In this document: piece by piece, positions 39,437 through 48,873 of the stretch
Numbering within the stretch: the stretch's first letter is position 1
How the letters are laid out: every line of letters starts with the position of its first letter
Origin: an archaeon
GTDB lineage: Archaea; Asgardarchaeota; Thorarchaeia; Thorarchaeales; Thorarchaeaceae
Assembly (NCBI GenBank): GCA_024276825.1
Contig: JAJRWI010000042.1
Span: forward strand, 68,463-132,462
Length of the DNA stretch: 64,000 nt
Direction of reading: 5' to 3'
Program-made: the position numbers and the translations under genes
The notes under the pieces: generated by a model
Told to the model about the DNA's origin: nothing
Seen by the model: the letters and a program-made list of their open reading frames with translations, nothing else
Databases searched by the model: none

Positions 39437-39562
39437 GAATCCGTCAACAATCATCAGCAGTGCAATATCTCTAAATCAAGTGCATTTTCATTTTTATTTC
39501 AATCAAAAATGACATTGGAAGAGAGACAAATTGTCCCTCTTCAAATTCAATGCGCTAAGTTC

Positions 39563-40297
39563 CTACTGAGTCTTGCCCCACTCGCTGCCCATGGCAATCA
39601 AAATAAGGCCAATGACAATCAGTCCGGGTGGAATCACGCCAGGAATCGCATAGTGAGGATCTGCTGGTGTTCCGAATATGTATTCAGCAAGGTACTGTCG
39701 CGCTGAATGAATTGCCCTGCCTGCAAACAGTACAAGAAAACCAAGACCCAGCAGGAAGTTTGAACGCCGCAGTACACCACCAGACTGCCATGCCAAATAC
39801 CAGAATAGCAAGGGGATGAATATGGCATAGAGACCTCCTGCAACAGTAGTAAGATAGAATCTAATGGTTGCATCGAATAGATTCAGACCGAGAATGATTG
39901 AGATAATGATTGCTGGTACAGAGATTATGAACTCTGCTATTTTATTGCCCATTATCATGAATACGCCTGTTGCTGCCAGTAAGGCAAGGGCCAACCATTG
40001 GAAGAAGGCACCAGCCGCTAACCATGGCGTTGAATCAGAAAGAAAGGGGGTAATTCCCAGGCCAGGCAGACCACCATATAGAGAGTTGGAATCTGCGTAA
40101 AAGTCTCCCACAAAGTAGAAACATCTTCCTATTGCAAGCAGCAGGAAGAATAGCGACATAGCCAGTTGAAATGGATTTCTGCTCTTTCGCCATCTGAAGG
40201 CTAAGAGGAAGATGAACACAAAGAAGTAGTATCCCACAACTAGAAACCAAAGGCCAATGTGAACTTCTCGAATGATCATGTCTATGGTCTGCAGCAT
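39563..40297 (-). CDS. Seven-TM membrane protein (Asgard 7TM/sensor-like)
   Basis: Seven hydrophobic segments; ATG 40297 after AGGAG (the longer ORF would overlap the next gene). Confidence 0.75.
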   Translation of the reverse strand: MLQTIDMIIREVHIGLWFLVVGYYFFVFIFLLAFRWRKSRNPFQLAMSLFFLLLAIGRCFYFVGDFYADSNSLYGGLPGLGITPFLSDSTPWLAAGAFFQWLALALLAATGVFMIMGNKIAEFIISVPAIIISIILGLNLFDATIRFYLTTVAGGLYAIFIPLLFWYLAWQSGGVLRRSNFLLGLGFLVLFAGRAIHSARQYLAEYIFGTPADPHYAIPGVIPPGLIVIGLILIAMGSEWGKTQ

Positions 40298-40438
40298 TAA
40301 TCTCGCTCCTAATATTGATGCAGTGCTGTATTCTGGATGGAAAACTATCAAATAAGCATTTTCAGCTTCTTTAGCTTTATACAATACAGCGCGATAATCT
40401 CTATATTGGCGAAAGCCAACAGGAATACTGGTGATGAT

Positions 40439-40849
40439 GTGGTCGCTGATAAAACTTGGAGGCTTAGGCACAAGGATGGAAGGGAGGAAGAGTTCATCGA
40501 TATACGTAGAAAGGTCGGTAACCGCGTGATTAGACATTATCTAATATCATCATTGCTTGAAGATGGCCCTAAAGAGAGAATAATTGCTTCATTAAGAGGA
40601 CCGAGGAATGAGTTCAAGGACTTTGCCAAATTCATCATTGTTCAAGGCCAATGGGAGGACGAGCAAGTCAGCATTCTTGTGGAGAGCGGGGTCTATGAGA
40701 ATCTCAGAATTGTGGGAACAACAAGCAGATGGCTTGCAGAACAGAACCCTGATGCCATAATTAAGATATTCACTGAAATCACATCAAATGCTTCTGAACA
40801 TCATGCATACATTATTATTAGTGAGGATTCAAAATTGATGGGAGGGTAA
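40439..40849 (+). CDS. Hypothetical protein
   Basis: GTG start after GGTGA; apparently operonic with the next gene. Confidence 0.65.
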   Translation: MVADKTWRLRHKDGREEEFIDIRRKVGNRVIRHYLISSLLEDGPKERIIASLRGPRNEFKDFAKFIIVQGQWEDEQVSILVESGVYENLRIVGTTSRWLAEQNPDAIIKIFTEITSNASEHHAYIIISEDSKLMGG

Positions 40850-40852
40850 GAA

Positions 40853-41047
40853 TTGTCTTTTGAGAGATATGCAAAGTGTCCCGTCTGTGGGAAAAGAACA
40901 GTTCTTACTGTGCCAGAGGGCATTCTCAAAAAGGCCAAACGGTTTCCATTTCAAGTCAAGGTAGTCCATAATGACCACTATTTTTACATTAATCTGGACA
41001 GTCAGGCGTGGATTACCGACATTCTGCATCCAGAAATGGTGGAATAA
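40853..41047 (+). CDS. Small Zn-ribbon protein (CPxCG...H.DH)
   Basis: CPVCG and HNDH; GGAGG RBS. Confidence 0.7.
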   Translation: MSFERYAKCPVCGKRTVLTVPEGILKKAKRFPFQVKVVHNDHYFYINLDSQAWITDILHPEMVE

Positions 41048-41069
41048 TAGAAACCTTAGTTTCTTCATT

Positions 41070-41861
41070 TTATCCTATATATCTGTCAGAAGGATGTTCG
41101 CCTTCCCCAGTAGCAGGACCTTGATGATCAACTTCATCCTTGACCCATTTGATAAACTCGGTGACACGCTCTGCATGTTTCTCAAGAATGTCGAAGTCAG
41201 CATTTATCTCAAGCAACTTTGCTATTATTTCAAGAACGATCTTTGCTGCTCTAAAATCAATCTTGATCACACCTAGAGTTTCTCCCAACAGGCATCCGCT
41301 CTCAATATTGTACATATTAGATGCCCATGCAGGTATGAAGCCATTTGCACCGTTGATCACACCATTGACAATTGGCACTGTACCTTCAATCTCTGATATT
41401 CTTTGCAATGTTGATGGTGAACTTGCTGAGACAAACACACGAGGGTGTTTAGGAAAATGGTCGAAAAAGGAGTCATAGTTCTGCTCATAAGCAGCAAGTG
41501 CATATATTTCTTTTACACCAAGATTTACAAAATGCTTGACAACAAAATCAGAATATTCAAACACACCCTTACTTGAGGAGGGTTGAAAATCTGCAGTGAG
41601 AAATATGATGTCATGGGGTTCATCTGGCGCAGCATGATATATGTAAAGAGCTGACTTTGGGAATTGAGATATGCCATCGGTCACTGCAATGCGTGAGGGA
41701 AAATCATCGCAGAACAGATCCATATAATGTGTGGCATCAAGGACTTCGATTATTGTATCTACGGATGCCCTGCCCACATTCGCTATGCCAGGCAGTCCAA
41801 TGACAGCCACAGGACTCCTTAAATTCTCAGCAGATATATCGCCATATTTTCTTGTTAGCAT
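41070..41861 (-). CDS. PAC2-family proteasome assembly chaperone
   Basis: GLPGIANVG, D.QP, I.G..G, CLLGET, D..AA, C-terminal YIG. Confidence 0.9.
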   Translation of the reverse strand: MLTRKYGDISAENLRSPVAVIGLPGIANVGRASVDTIIEVLDATHYMDLFCDDFPSRIAVTDGISQFPKSALYIYHAAPDEPHDIIFLTADFQPSSSKGVFEYSDFVVKHFVNLGVKEIYALAAYEQNYDSFFDHFPKHPRVFVSASSPSTLQRISEIEGTVPIVNGVINGANGFIPAWASNMYNIESGCLLGETLGVIKIDFRAAKIVLEIIAKLLEINADFDILEKHAERVTEFIKWVKDEVDHQGPATGEGEHPSDRYIG

Positions 41862-41907
41862 TTGATGAACTCCATAATTGGGTTCACACTTGCTTATTTG
41901 GCACTTT

Positions 41908-42669
41908 CTATTCGGTTTTTAACCGGTAAAAACGAAGCGCATTTTGAGTTGTTGCTTCAGAAACATATTCAATTGGTTGATCAAGGGTGTCTGCAAGAGA
42001 TTCACATCCAATTCGGATGTTTGCGGGTTCGTTTCTCCTGCCGGTTGGTGAGAGATAAGGGCCATCAGTTTCAAGCATTATCTGATTGAGGTCGAGAATC
42101 TCAGCGGCTCTTTTCCTGTTTCGATACCTTGCAAAGTTAGCAGGGAGTGTGATATACCAGCCATTATCATTGACTCGCTTGGCCACTTCAGGGGTTCCAT
42201 CAAAACAATGCATCAAGACATCACCTTCAAACTTGCGTTCAAGAATCTCAGTTGCTCGAAGTTCAGCCTTTCGTGAGTGAATCACGATTGGGAGATCTAA
42301 TTCCTTTGCAGTTTCAATGAACATTAAGAAAAGGGGTTCCTGAGCCTTTCTTGCCGAAGGGTCCTTTATCCAATGGTAGTCCAGTCCGACTTCTCCAATG
42401 GCAATAATCTCAGACTTGTATTTCTGTGCAAGGCTGACAATTGACCTGGCTTCTTCAGAGCTCAATTGAAAAACCTGAGTTCCTGCAGTATGATACACAT
42501 ATCCCCGATATTTTTTTACTATTCCCAAGGTTCTGCGAAATGATCCTGGTCCGATTGAAGATGTGACCATTCCAACAAGACCCGCGGATTTTGCTCTTTT
42601 AATCACTTTATCCAAGTCGTTTTTGAAGTGTCGCATGTCAAGATGAGTATGTGCATCGAACAGTCTCAA
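41908..42669 (-). CDS. tatD: TatD-family deoxyribonuclease
   Basis: DAHTH, IGEVGLD, IHSR, MHCF, ETDGPYL; start at TTG 42669 or ATG 42693. Confidence 0.92.
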   Translation of the reverse strand: MRLFDAHTHLDMRHFKNDLDKVIKRAKSAGLVGMVTSSIGPGSFRRTLGIVKKYRGYVYHTAGTQVFQLSSEEARSIVSLAQKYKSEIIAIGEVGLDYHWIKDPSARKAQEPLFLMFIETAKELDLPIVIHSRKAELRATEILERKFEGDVLMHCFDGTPEVAKRVNDNGWYITLPANFARYRNRKRAAEILDLNQIMLETDGPYLSPTGRRNEPANIRIGCESLADTLDQPIEYVSEATTQNALRFYRLKTE

Positions 42670-42745
42670 TGTGATCACTTGTGGCTTTAACATAGATTTC
42701 CTTATTTTTGATGTTATCTCTATGGTATAAAAGAGGAGAAATGAC

Positions 42746-43636
42746 ATGACAGAGGAACGGCTCAGAGAGAAGACCATGATAATTCAGCAATTGAATCAAA
42801 AGGTCGAGTCATTGCAGACACAATTGAGTGGAACTCAGCGTAGAGCCAACGAACTATCTGCGCAAGTGGAACAACTAGAACAGATGTTAATTGAGAAGGA
42901 TCAGGAGATTGTCACCCTCAAGGCAGAGGTGAGTAAGTATCGTTCGGCCCTTGAAAAAATGGGTCAAGAGGTCCAAGAGGTCCGTGCAGAGCAGATCCAG
43001 TCCATGTCAAGAAAAGACCAGTCAGGAACTACTATGAGGACTGAAGAGATTCAGGAGTTGCAAAGGACGGTTTCAGAATTATATGATCGATTAAAGACGC
43101 TTTCAGAGGCTGCTATGGCAGTGATGAATGATGAGCCTGACTCTAAGAGAGGTCTCCGTGAAGCCTTGATGAAAGCTGGTGATAATCGTACAAGAGTATT
43201 GAACCTCATACTGACAAGAAGAAATGTGAAGCTGGATGAGATTGCTTCCTTCTTAGTCATTGATGTCAACTCTGCATATGATATCGTCGATGAGTTGCGG
43301 CTAGCAGGAGAGGTGGAAACGCCAGATGAAAACACTGTCATTCCAGCGGCCAAGTACAGAGAGGTAAAGATTCCAACAGAAGAGTGGAAACAAGCCCCAG
43401 TCGGGGAGATATTCGATAGCCTTGTTTCGATTATCGAAAAAATGGAGAGCAATGATGAGGTATCCAAGGCCTTGGAGATTGCAGTTGATCTTATTGAGCA
43501 GAAACTCAGCAGGGGAGGGGCTTTGATATTTGAAATGAGAAGGACCGCAAGCAGCTGGGCAAAGAATCCAGGCGACATCCAGGAGCTGCAATATAAGATA
43601 AGGGATTGGAAAGTCAGAGCAATGGCTCTCTCCTAA
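42746..43636 (+). CDS. Coiled-coil plus winged-helix protein
   Basis: Long heptad N-terminus; 'LDEIASFL....AYDIVDEL...G.V' wHTH. Confidence 0.7.
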   Translation: MTEERLREKTMIIQQLNQKVESLQTQLSGTQRRANELSAQVEQLEQMLIEKDQEIVTLKAEVSKYRSALEKMGQEVQEVRAEQIQSMSRKDQSGTTMRTEEIQELQRTVSELYDRLKTLSEAAMAVMNDEPDSKRGLREALMKAGDNRTRVLNLILTRRNVKLDEIASFLVIDVNSAYDIVDELRLAGEVETPDENTVIPAAKYREVKIPTEEWKQAPVGEIFDSLVSIIEKMESNDEVSKALEIAVDLIEQKLSRGGALIFEMRRTASSWAKNPGDIQELQYKIRDWKVRAMALS

Positions 43637-44034
43637 TCGGAGTCACCATTGGTTCCTTTACTTATTGCCTCGCGGACATAGTCGCCAAAGTCCGAGACCT
43701 CACCGTCCCGTTGAACCCTGATTCGTGGACCCTCACCGCGAATCTGGCGTTCAATATACCTGATATCGAGTTGGGATATCACCTGTCGAAGACCACGATA
43801 TACAATCAGGTAGAGGATAACATCTTCTATGCGTTTGACCACAGCAGGGTCGTTCTTGTTCAGTGATGAGAGGTAAGACATTGCATCAGGAGCGAGAAAT
43901 CGCTGCAATAATTTTTGTCGTTCAGCCTCGACCTTCTCACGATGCTCCTTCGTTGCCTGAAGTTGTTTTTCCCTCTTTAGAAGCTGGGCCATTTTCTTTC
44001 TGCGAATCATTGCAAGTTCATCGTCATCCGACAG
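43633..44034 (-). CDS. PDCD5-like dsDNA-binding protein
   Basis: (M)SDDDELAMIRRKKMAQL...L...A...L....IE..I; probable CTG start at 44034. Confidence 0.8.
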   Translation of the reverse strand: MSDDDELAMIRRKKMAQLLKREKQLQATKEHREKVEAERQKLLQRFLAPDAMSYLSSLNKNDPAVVKRIEDVILYLIVYRGLRQVISQLDIRYIERQIRGEGPRIRVQRDGEVSDFGDYVREAISKGTNGDSD

Positions 44035-44156
44035 TTTGATAACCCCGCGTTATATTTTTACTTTGAGTCTAGTATGAGATGCGACTAGAATTTCTTTAAT
44101 AACTATTGCATATTATCATATTAGTAGAACGAGAGTAAAATCAGGTGAAAACATAA

Positions 44157-45098
44157 GTGACATCTGCAGAGAATTGTGAGTGGCTTGGTCATGGGTCTTC
44201 AGGATATAAATGCAAATTCAGAAATGCAAGCATATCAGTTGCAGAGGTCACTTCCAAATGCTCGAATTCGACCCTTGCATCATTATGTGTGACAGCATAC
44301 AGTTCCCTGTCTAGGGCCCGCGAGTCCATAGCTGAAAAGAGCACTGATACATTTCCATGGATTATTGATTCGGCGACACATTTTCAGAGCATCAAGGAGT
44401 ATGACAATGCCATTATGGTCTATATCAAAGGAATTGAATTTGCTATCAGCATAAGCTTGAGTGAGAAGGCCTACCAGCTGTTTTGTGAGGCACGAAGGGT
44501 CTTCGAGAATGCAATAGAGGCTCAGGACCCTTCAATCAAAGACCCCATGGTCAAGCGTGCCCTAGTAAAGGCAGGCAATGAGATTATAGAAGCAATGAAG
44601 AAGACTCCTGAAGAGTCTATCATGGCAGACATGCAGGCAGAGCTGAAAGCTAGCATTCTTGGAGGAATCTCATTAAAGAAGGCAGAAAGGCAGGACAAGA
44701 TTGGCATTGTAGTTGTGGATGGACGACAGCTCTATGAGAAAAAGGCAAAGGAATACAGGGAAGGGGCTGAAACCTACATTCAGTCAGGAATTGCTGCCAA
44801 TGCTATAGTCTTTGTATGCATGGCTGCTCTTGCCGATCTGATGCTTGGAAAGACCAAGGAGGGGTTGAGGTACCTAAAGCAAGTAATTGAAGAGTCTGGC
44901 ATGAGTGAGAAGTTTCAGCAGAGCATTGTGTTCAGATGGACAAAGTTGATTCTTAGGGCACATATCGAGAATGATATTGAGGCTATAGATCAAGCAAGAA
45001 AGATGTATTATGAGATACCATGGAGTTTCAAAGATGACAAAGAGTTCGCAAGAAGAGTGATGGACGCAATATTCAACAGACTCACTCAGGAATCCTAA
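44157..45098 (+). CDS. Helical-repeat (TPR-like) protein with N-terminal Cys cluster
   Basis: Four N-terminal Cys; Ala/Tyr-patterned helices. Confidence 0.6.
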   Translation: MTSAENCEWLGHGSSGYKCKFRNASISVAEVTSKCSNSTLASLCVTAYSSLSRARESIAEKSTDTFPWIIDSATHFQSIKEYDNAIMVYIKGIEFAISISLSEKAYQLFCEARRVFENAIEAQDPSIKDPMVKRALVKAGNEIIEAMKKTPEESIMADMQAELKASILGGISLKKAERQDKIGIVVVDGRQLYEKKAKEYREGAETYIQSGIAANAIVFVCMAALADLMLGKTKEGLRYLKQVIEESGMSEKFQQSIVFRWTKLILRAHIENDIEAIDQARKMYYEIPWSFKDDKEFARRVMDAIFNRLTQES

Positions 45099-46416
45099 AC
45101 CTAGCAATGAAGAATCCATTTGTTCGATGAATGTGGGGGAACAGACGCCTGACTTTTGAAGAACATGAGAACTTGCTATATCCAGGCGAACCAAAGTCAG
45201 GACAATTTAATAGTTCAATATTATGACTTGATACTAGAGAGTCAATCTGGGACTCGCCTTCATGGGGGAGAATGGAGCATGTTGAATAGACAATCTCTAT
45301 ACCAGGATGTCTTGAGAAATGAGACACTATTCCAGTGAGAATCTTATGCTGAATAGACATAAGATTGACAAGTGTTCGCTTATTTAGCCGCCATTTGAAT
45401 GAGGGGTGTGTCTGTAGCATTCCTGTGGAGGTGCAGGGGGCATCAATCAATATCTTATCAGCATACTCAATGGGAGGGTTGGATGCGTCTGCAAGTAGCC
45501 AGCTGATTGGAGAGTGATCGGGAATCTTGCCGCCCCCAGTTGCCATCATGAGCCTTGACCAACTGACATCACTAGCCATGACCATACCTTGATCCTCTAT
45601 TCCTTCAAGAATCAGTTGAGTCTTCATGCCTGGTGCCGCGCAGCTGTCCCAGATGATCTCCCCTGGTTGTGGGTTTAGTGTATGAACAGCAATTACACTT
45701 GATTTGTCTTGAATGAGAATATTTCCACTCTGAAAGAGTTTAGACTTGACAAGAGTTCCCAAGCCATCCTTGATAACAAAGAGACCCGAAATGTCAGGAT
45801 CAGGCTCAAATACAATTGAGAGGTCTCTAACATCATCGAGGATGGAGTCATCAGTAAGCAGATGGTTCACCCGCATATACTGTTCATCAAGAGTGTTGTT
45901 TGCCTTCAAATGTGCAATGACTTCATCTCGTGGAAGGTTATCTAATAGCGTCTGAACGATAAATGAGGGGTGAGAATACTTCAGACTAAGAATATTCACA
46001 TCATCCAAGCTTTTTGTTATACGGCCAATATTGAGTGTCTTTGCCTTCCTAAGAACTGCCTGATAGTCAGTAATATATTCATCAAGAAAGTCATCATGAT
46101 AGTTCCCAATTGGCCAGTTCAACCAACGGGTCATGAAGATCAGTACCCGTAGCCGGTTCTTTACTGTTTGAGGGAGGTCAGTGTACCGAACTCCCACAAT
46201 TGAACGAGTTGCAAGAAAATCAATTGTGTTCTGATATCTTATTGTCCCCATGACTAGGGTCTCAAGTTGTGCTCTGGAATCTTGTGCGATTTGCTCCTGT
46301 TGAACGACATTTCTAAACAATGCCTTCATTGTCATCCGTGTCTGGCTGAATTGATCTAGCAGCTTTGAGGCATCTTCAATGATCTTGAAATCAAAACCAC
46401 TAGATGCCGTATCCAT
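45082..46416 (-). CDS. RsmB/NOP2-family RNA m5C methyltransferase with NusB-like N-domain
   Basis: QDKSS, D.CAAPG.KT, LIDAPCTSTG, YSTCS, R..PH...T.GFF. Confidence 0.92.
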   Translation of the reverse strand: MDTASSGFDFKIIEDASKLLDQFSQTRMTMKALFRNVVQQEQIAQDSRAQLETLVMGTIRYQNTIDFLATRSIVGVRYTDLPQTVKNRLRVLIFMTRWLNWPIGNYHDDFLDEYITDYQAVLRKAKTLNIGRITKSLDDVNILSLKYSHPSFIVQTLLDNLPRDEVIAHLKANNTLDEQYMRVNHLLTDDSILDDVRDLSIVFEPDPDISGLFVIKDGLGTLVKSKLFQSGNILIQDKSSVIAVHTLNPQPGEIIWDSCAAPGMKTQLILEGIEDQGMVMASDVSWSRLMMATGGGKIPDHSPISWLLADASNPPIEYADKILIDAPCTSTGMLQTHPSFKWRLNKRTLVNLMSIQHKILTGIVSHFSRHPGIEIVYSTCSILPHEGESQIDSLVSSHNIELLNCPDFGSPGYSKFSCSSKVRRLFPHIHRTNGFFIARFRIPE

Positions 46417-46425
46417 AAACGCACC

Positions 46426-48129
46426 TCATTTCAAGTCAATCCCAGGACCTAGATGTATATACTTCATCCGAGTCAACATTACTTGAAAGTTCTTTGCACC
46501 TATAATCCCCGAGTCCTTATATCCACCAAGATGTGGCATGTATGGATCAAAATAAAGATGGTCTTGCATTACGGTCACGCCAGCAGCCTGAATGCCTTTT
46601 GCCCATTGCTGCTTGGCCTTGAGGTCATTGGTGAAAATGGATGAACGCAGGCCAAATCGAGAAGAGTTTGCGACTTTCAGGGCTCTATCCACACTGTTAA
46701 CAGGATAGACTGGCAAGGCGGGGGCAAAGACTTCCTCTTGCATTATTCGCATGTCTAATGAAACCTCTGTAAGAATTGTAGGCTCATAGAAAAGGCCAGC
46801 CGGGTCATCTTCACCCATCCAATTAATTCGCCGACCACCATATACGACCTTTGCTCCCTTGGCCCTAGCATCTTGCATTTGATCAAGCAAGAGATAAAGA
46901 GCTGTGAGACCGACTGGGGGCAGACTGACATTAGGATCAGAGGGAAGACCAACTTTTAGCTTTGAGGCTTCTTCAACGACGAACTCTACGAGGTCATCAT
47001 AGAGTGAGTCTTGCACAAGTAGTCGTTTGACTGCCATACAGGCCTGTCCGCTTCCTAAGAAGCGTCCCTTGACTATCATCTTTGCAGCAAACTCTAGATC
47101 AACATCCTTGCCCCAGACGAGACAGGCATCACTGCCAGCAAGTTCGGGTGCCAACTGGATTCGCTGTCTGATTGCGTTTGCCCAGATCTCAATTCCTGTG
47201 TCACTATCACCATACCAGACAATTGCATTGACATTAGGGTCGCTCATAAAGCGATTCATCATGCTCTTGCCGCCACCAGTGAGAGTCTGAATCATGGCTC
47301 TTGGGAAACCCAATTCGTTGAATGTTTCCATGAAAATGCGTGCTAGAAGAATAGTGCTGAGTGGAACCTTGCTTGGAGGTTTCAAGACTGTCGCGTTTCC
47401 GGCAAGTATTGAAGATGTAATACTTAGGATTCCAAGGGCTAGCGGAGAGTTATAGGGTGTGAATAGACAGGTCACACCATAAGGCTCACGAACCTGATAG
47501 TTCCTACCCCCATCCTTTCCGGGAAATTCCTTTAGATCAATGAGAGAACCCCAGATCTCAAAGGTTTCACGTTCAAGATACTCTGAGAACATGCTCCAAG
47601 TCCATTCAAATGTCCTGATAGGCGTGCCTTCCTTTATTGTTATGTCACGTACTTCCTTGAAACGCCTTTTGACTTCAAGACCAGCTTTATACAGTGCATC
47701 GATTCGTTCATCAAGAGTGACTCCCTGACCTTCGATCTTAAGGGGGTTATAAAGGGCTTCATGGTCTCGCACTCCGGCAGAGATAGCTCTTCGAATGTCG
47801 GACTCTCTGGATAATGAGACCTTTGCATAGATTGCCTCTTCTAGCTCATCCCTAGAATACTTGGGAACTCCATGATGACGACAATAGTCCTTGAGGTATC
47901 TTATCTCTGCTGTGCTCTCAGGGATGGCAGCAGGAATTTTTGATATAACAAACCGCTGGACACGAGAGGCTTTCTGCATCTGAAGAGCGATTGCGATTCC
48001 TGGGTCCATGATCACCTTTTCCATGTTTGGAAACATGACATACTGACCAGTATCAACGGTCTCACCATCAACCAGGATTGGGGCGTGTTCCATTGTTTTA
48101 CCTCGTAAGTTTAACTTTGCATCAGGCAA
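46426..48129 (-). CDS. Aldehyde dehydrogenase family protein
   Basis: PYGV...TPYN.P, AGN..VLKP, ELAG, GQAC, EEVFAP. Confidence 0.88.
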   Translation of the reverse strand: MPDAKLNLRGKTMEHAPILVDGETVDTGQYVMFPNMEKVIMDPGIAIALQMQKASRVQRFVISKIPAAIPESTAEIRYLKDYCRHHGVPKYSRDELEEAIYAKVSLSRESDIRRAISAGVRDHEALYNPLKIEGQGVTLDERIDALYKAGLEVKRRFKEVRDITIKEGTPIRTFEWTWSMFSEYLERETFEIWGSLIDLKEFPGKDGGRNYQVREPYGVTCLFTPYNSPLALGILSITSSILAGNATVLKPPSKVPLSTILLARIFMETFNELGFPRAMIQTLTGGGKSMMNRFMSDPNVNAIVWYGDSDTGIEIWANAIRQRIQLAPELAGSDACLVWGKDVDLEFAAKMIVKGRFLGSGQACMAVKRLLVQDSLYDDLVEFVVEEASKLKVGLPSDPNVSLPPVGLTALYLLLDQMQDARAKGAKVVYGGRRINWMGEDDPAGLFYEPTILTEVSLDMRIMQEEVFAPALPVYPVNSVDRALKVANSSRFGLRSSIFTNDLKAKQQWAKGIQAAGVTVMQDHLYFDPYMPHLGGYKDSGIIGAKNFQVMLTRMKYIHLGPGIDLK

Positions 48130-48167
48130 AAAGCTGCTAATTATAGACTTTGCCTATAGAACTAGTT

Positions 48168-48665
48168 TCAGACAACTGGCTTTTCATACATCTGAACAAG
48201 CATGCCTGGAGCTTGCTCGTATGGCTCGCCCCACGGTCTGAAACCAAACTTTTGCATCAAGTGTTCGCTGGCTGTCTGACCAACCAGAATATTGCAATAG
48301 ACCCTCGGACATCCATGTTCTCGCGCGTATTGCTCGAATTGCATATACATCGCAGAAGCAAGACCCGAAACGCGGCATGAGGGACTGACCGTCTGATGTT
48401 CTCCAAAAAGGCCCTTGTCGGTGATTATTGCCTTGTATACCCCGACTATTTTTCCTCCCAGACGACTGCCAAAGTAATGATATCCCAATCGCATGTCTTC
48501 GATTATTTGTTGGGGAGTATACATCCGTTTCTTTCGCCAGTGGGGGGGATACTCCTTTGCAAGAGGCCATACCTGTCGAAAGAGCTGTGATATCTCCTCA
48601 GCATCGTCCTCTGTAAACTCGACAATCCGAATCTCTTCGGGCGGCAGCTCAGCCATTTGACTCAC
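48168..48665 (-). CDS. GNAT acetyltransferase
   Basis: 'V.P..R.SGLA' motif A, 'KFGF'. Confidence 0.85.
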   Translation of the reverse strand: MSQMAELPPEEIRIVEFTEDDAEEISQLFRQVWPLAKEYPPHWRKKRMYTPQQIIEDMRLGYHYFGSRLGGKIVGVYKAIITDKGLFGEHQTVSPSCRVSGLASAMYMQFEQYAREHGCPRVYCNILVGQTASEHLMQKFGFRPWGEPYEQAPGMLVQMYEKPVV

Positions 48666-48738
48666 TCTTGTGGTTCATATGAGGGAATACCAATAAATCT
48701 CTTTGTCAATAATCATCTCTAGGTCTTATCGCCCAGCC

Positions 48739-48863
48739 ATTGGACTCATTGGTTGCGAATAGATGCGAAAAAGTTGAACACTTGTAAAATAGAGAGATAA
48801 TTAAACGTCTGAATTCATGTTGGTCTATCAGATTTCATGTTGTACTCACTCCTGTGATGTGCC
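48739..48863 (-). mobile_element. MITE-like repeat, copy 3 (internally deleted/truncated)
   Basis: Colinear with 25381-25500 (GTTGCG..GAT.CGAAAA..AGTTGAACACT.GTAAA..ATAATTAA..AGATTTCAT..ACTCACT). Confidence 0.7.
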
Positions 48864-48873
48864 GTTCATTGTA

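Noticed and set aside
40388-40419. E2F-site-like words (GCGCGATA, TTGGCGAAA) in a divergent promoter, and ATCGCCCA words elsewhere
   Set aside because: Short, mismatched to TTTSSCGC and expected by chance; needs genome-wide enrichment or binding data
40298-40537. N-terminal extensions of ORFs 39563..40537 and 40337..40849
   Set aside because: They overlap each other; better RBS-linked starts exist at 40297 and 40439
44157-45098. Alpha-SNAP homolog call
   Set aside because: Only generic helical-repeat similarity is visible, which is not enough for a specific call
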